Source: a virus (taxonomy: Duplodnaviria; Heunggongvirae; Uroviricota; Caudoviricetes). From it: 6,308 bases of DNA. Under the pieces are notes generated by a model. That model was not told the DNA's origin and made no database searches. It saw only the letters and a program-made list of their open reading frames with translations. Below are positions 6,166 through 6,308 of the stretch, piece after piece. The position numbers and the translations under genes were made by a program. Location: the IMG/VR virus record IMGVR_UViG_2671180405_000010, one strand, 5' to 3'. The first letter of the stretch is position 1. The number at the start of each line of letters is the position of its first letter.

Positions 6166-6308
6166 GGCTTTCTATCAGGGTAATTTTCAGAAGGTGCTGT
6201 TGTGAGCCAAATTAACAATCGGAACTTCGTGAAGAGAAAGCATAATCCAAAATCTGAATAATTAAGTTCAGCACTGTGGTGATGCTGCCAACTTACTGAT
6301 TTAGTGTA

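Noticed and set aside
5781-6218. ORFs 5781..6218(-) and 5813..6205(+) running through the N-run
   Set aside because: They exist only because N translates as X with no stops. Nothing supports them on either side of the gap.
6202-6261. Possible 19-codon GTG-initiated peptide with an AAGGTG RBS after the gap
   Set aside because: Too short and unsupported to call without conservation data. It may be an upstream leader or chance ORF.
1-6308. Looked for CRISPR arrays, tRNA/rRNA genes and IS-element terminal inverted repeats
   Set aside because: No regularly spaced repeat-spacer pattern, no tRNA-like cloverleaf region and no transposase-like ORF were seen; the only repeat arrays are the intragenic iteron-like ones reported above.

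Overview
This window reads as the immunity and early-replication region of a Rac-like lambdoid prophage from an enterobacterium, arranged like lambda's cI-rexAB / cro-cII-O-P region. On the minus strand, a cI-like HTH repressor is followed by a ParE-family toxin/antitoxin pair (resembling the PaaR2-PaaA2-ParE2 three-component system), then an intrinsic terminator. Beyond it lie two small, translationally coupled genes of unknown function in the early-left position. On the plus strand sit a Cro-like gene, a YdaT (cII-like) gene, a YdaU/O-like replisome-organizer gene, a DnaC-like helicase loader, and two further genes, the second interrupted by a 332-nt N-run (5834-6165). The most notable signals outside plain gene calls are an iteron-like array of GTCACG hexamers at ~10-bp spacing inside the organizer gene (a candidate replication origin), and a palindromic motif AATAGCATCRCTATT found on both flanks of the repressor operon (candidate operators). 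All homology statements are from recall of protein families, not database searches. I did not find a clearly undescribed system; the best candidate for novelty is the uncharacterised early-left gene pair.
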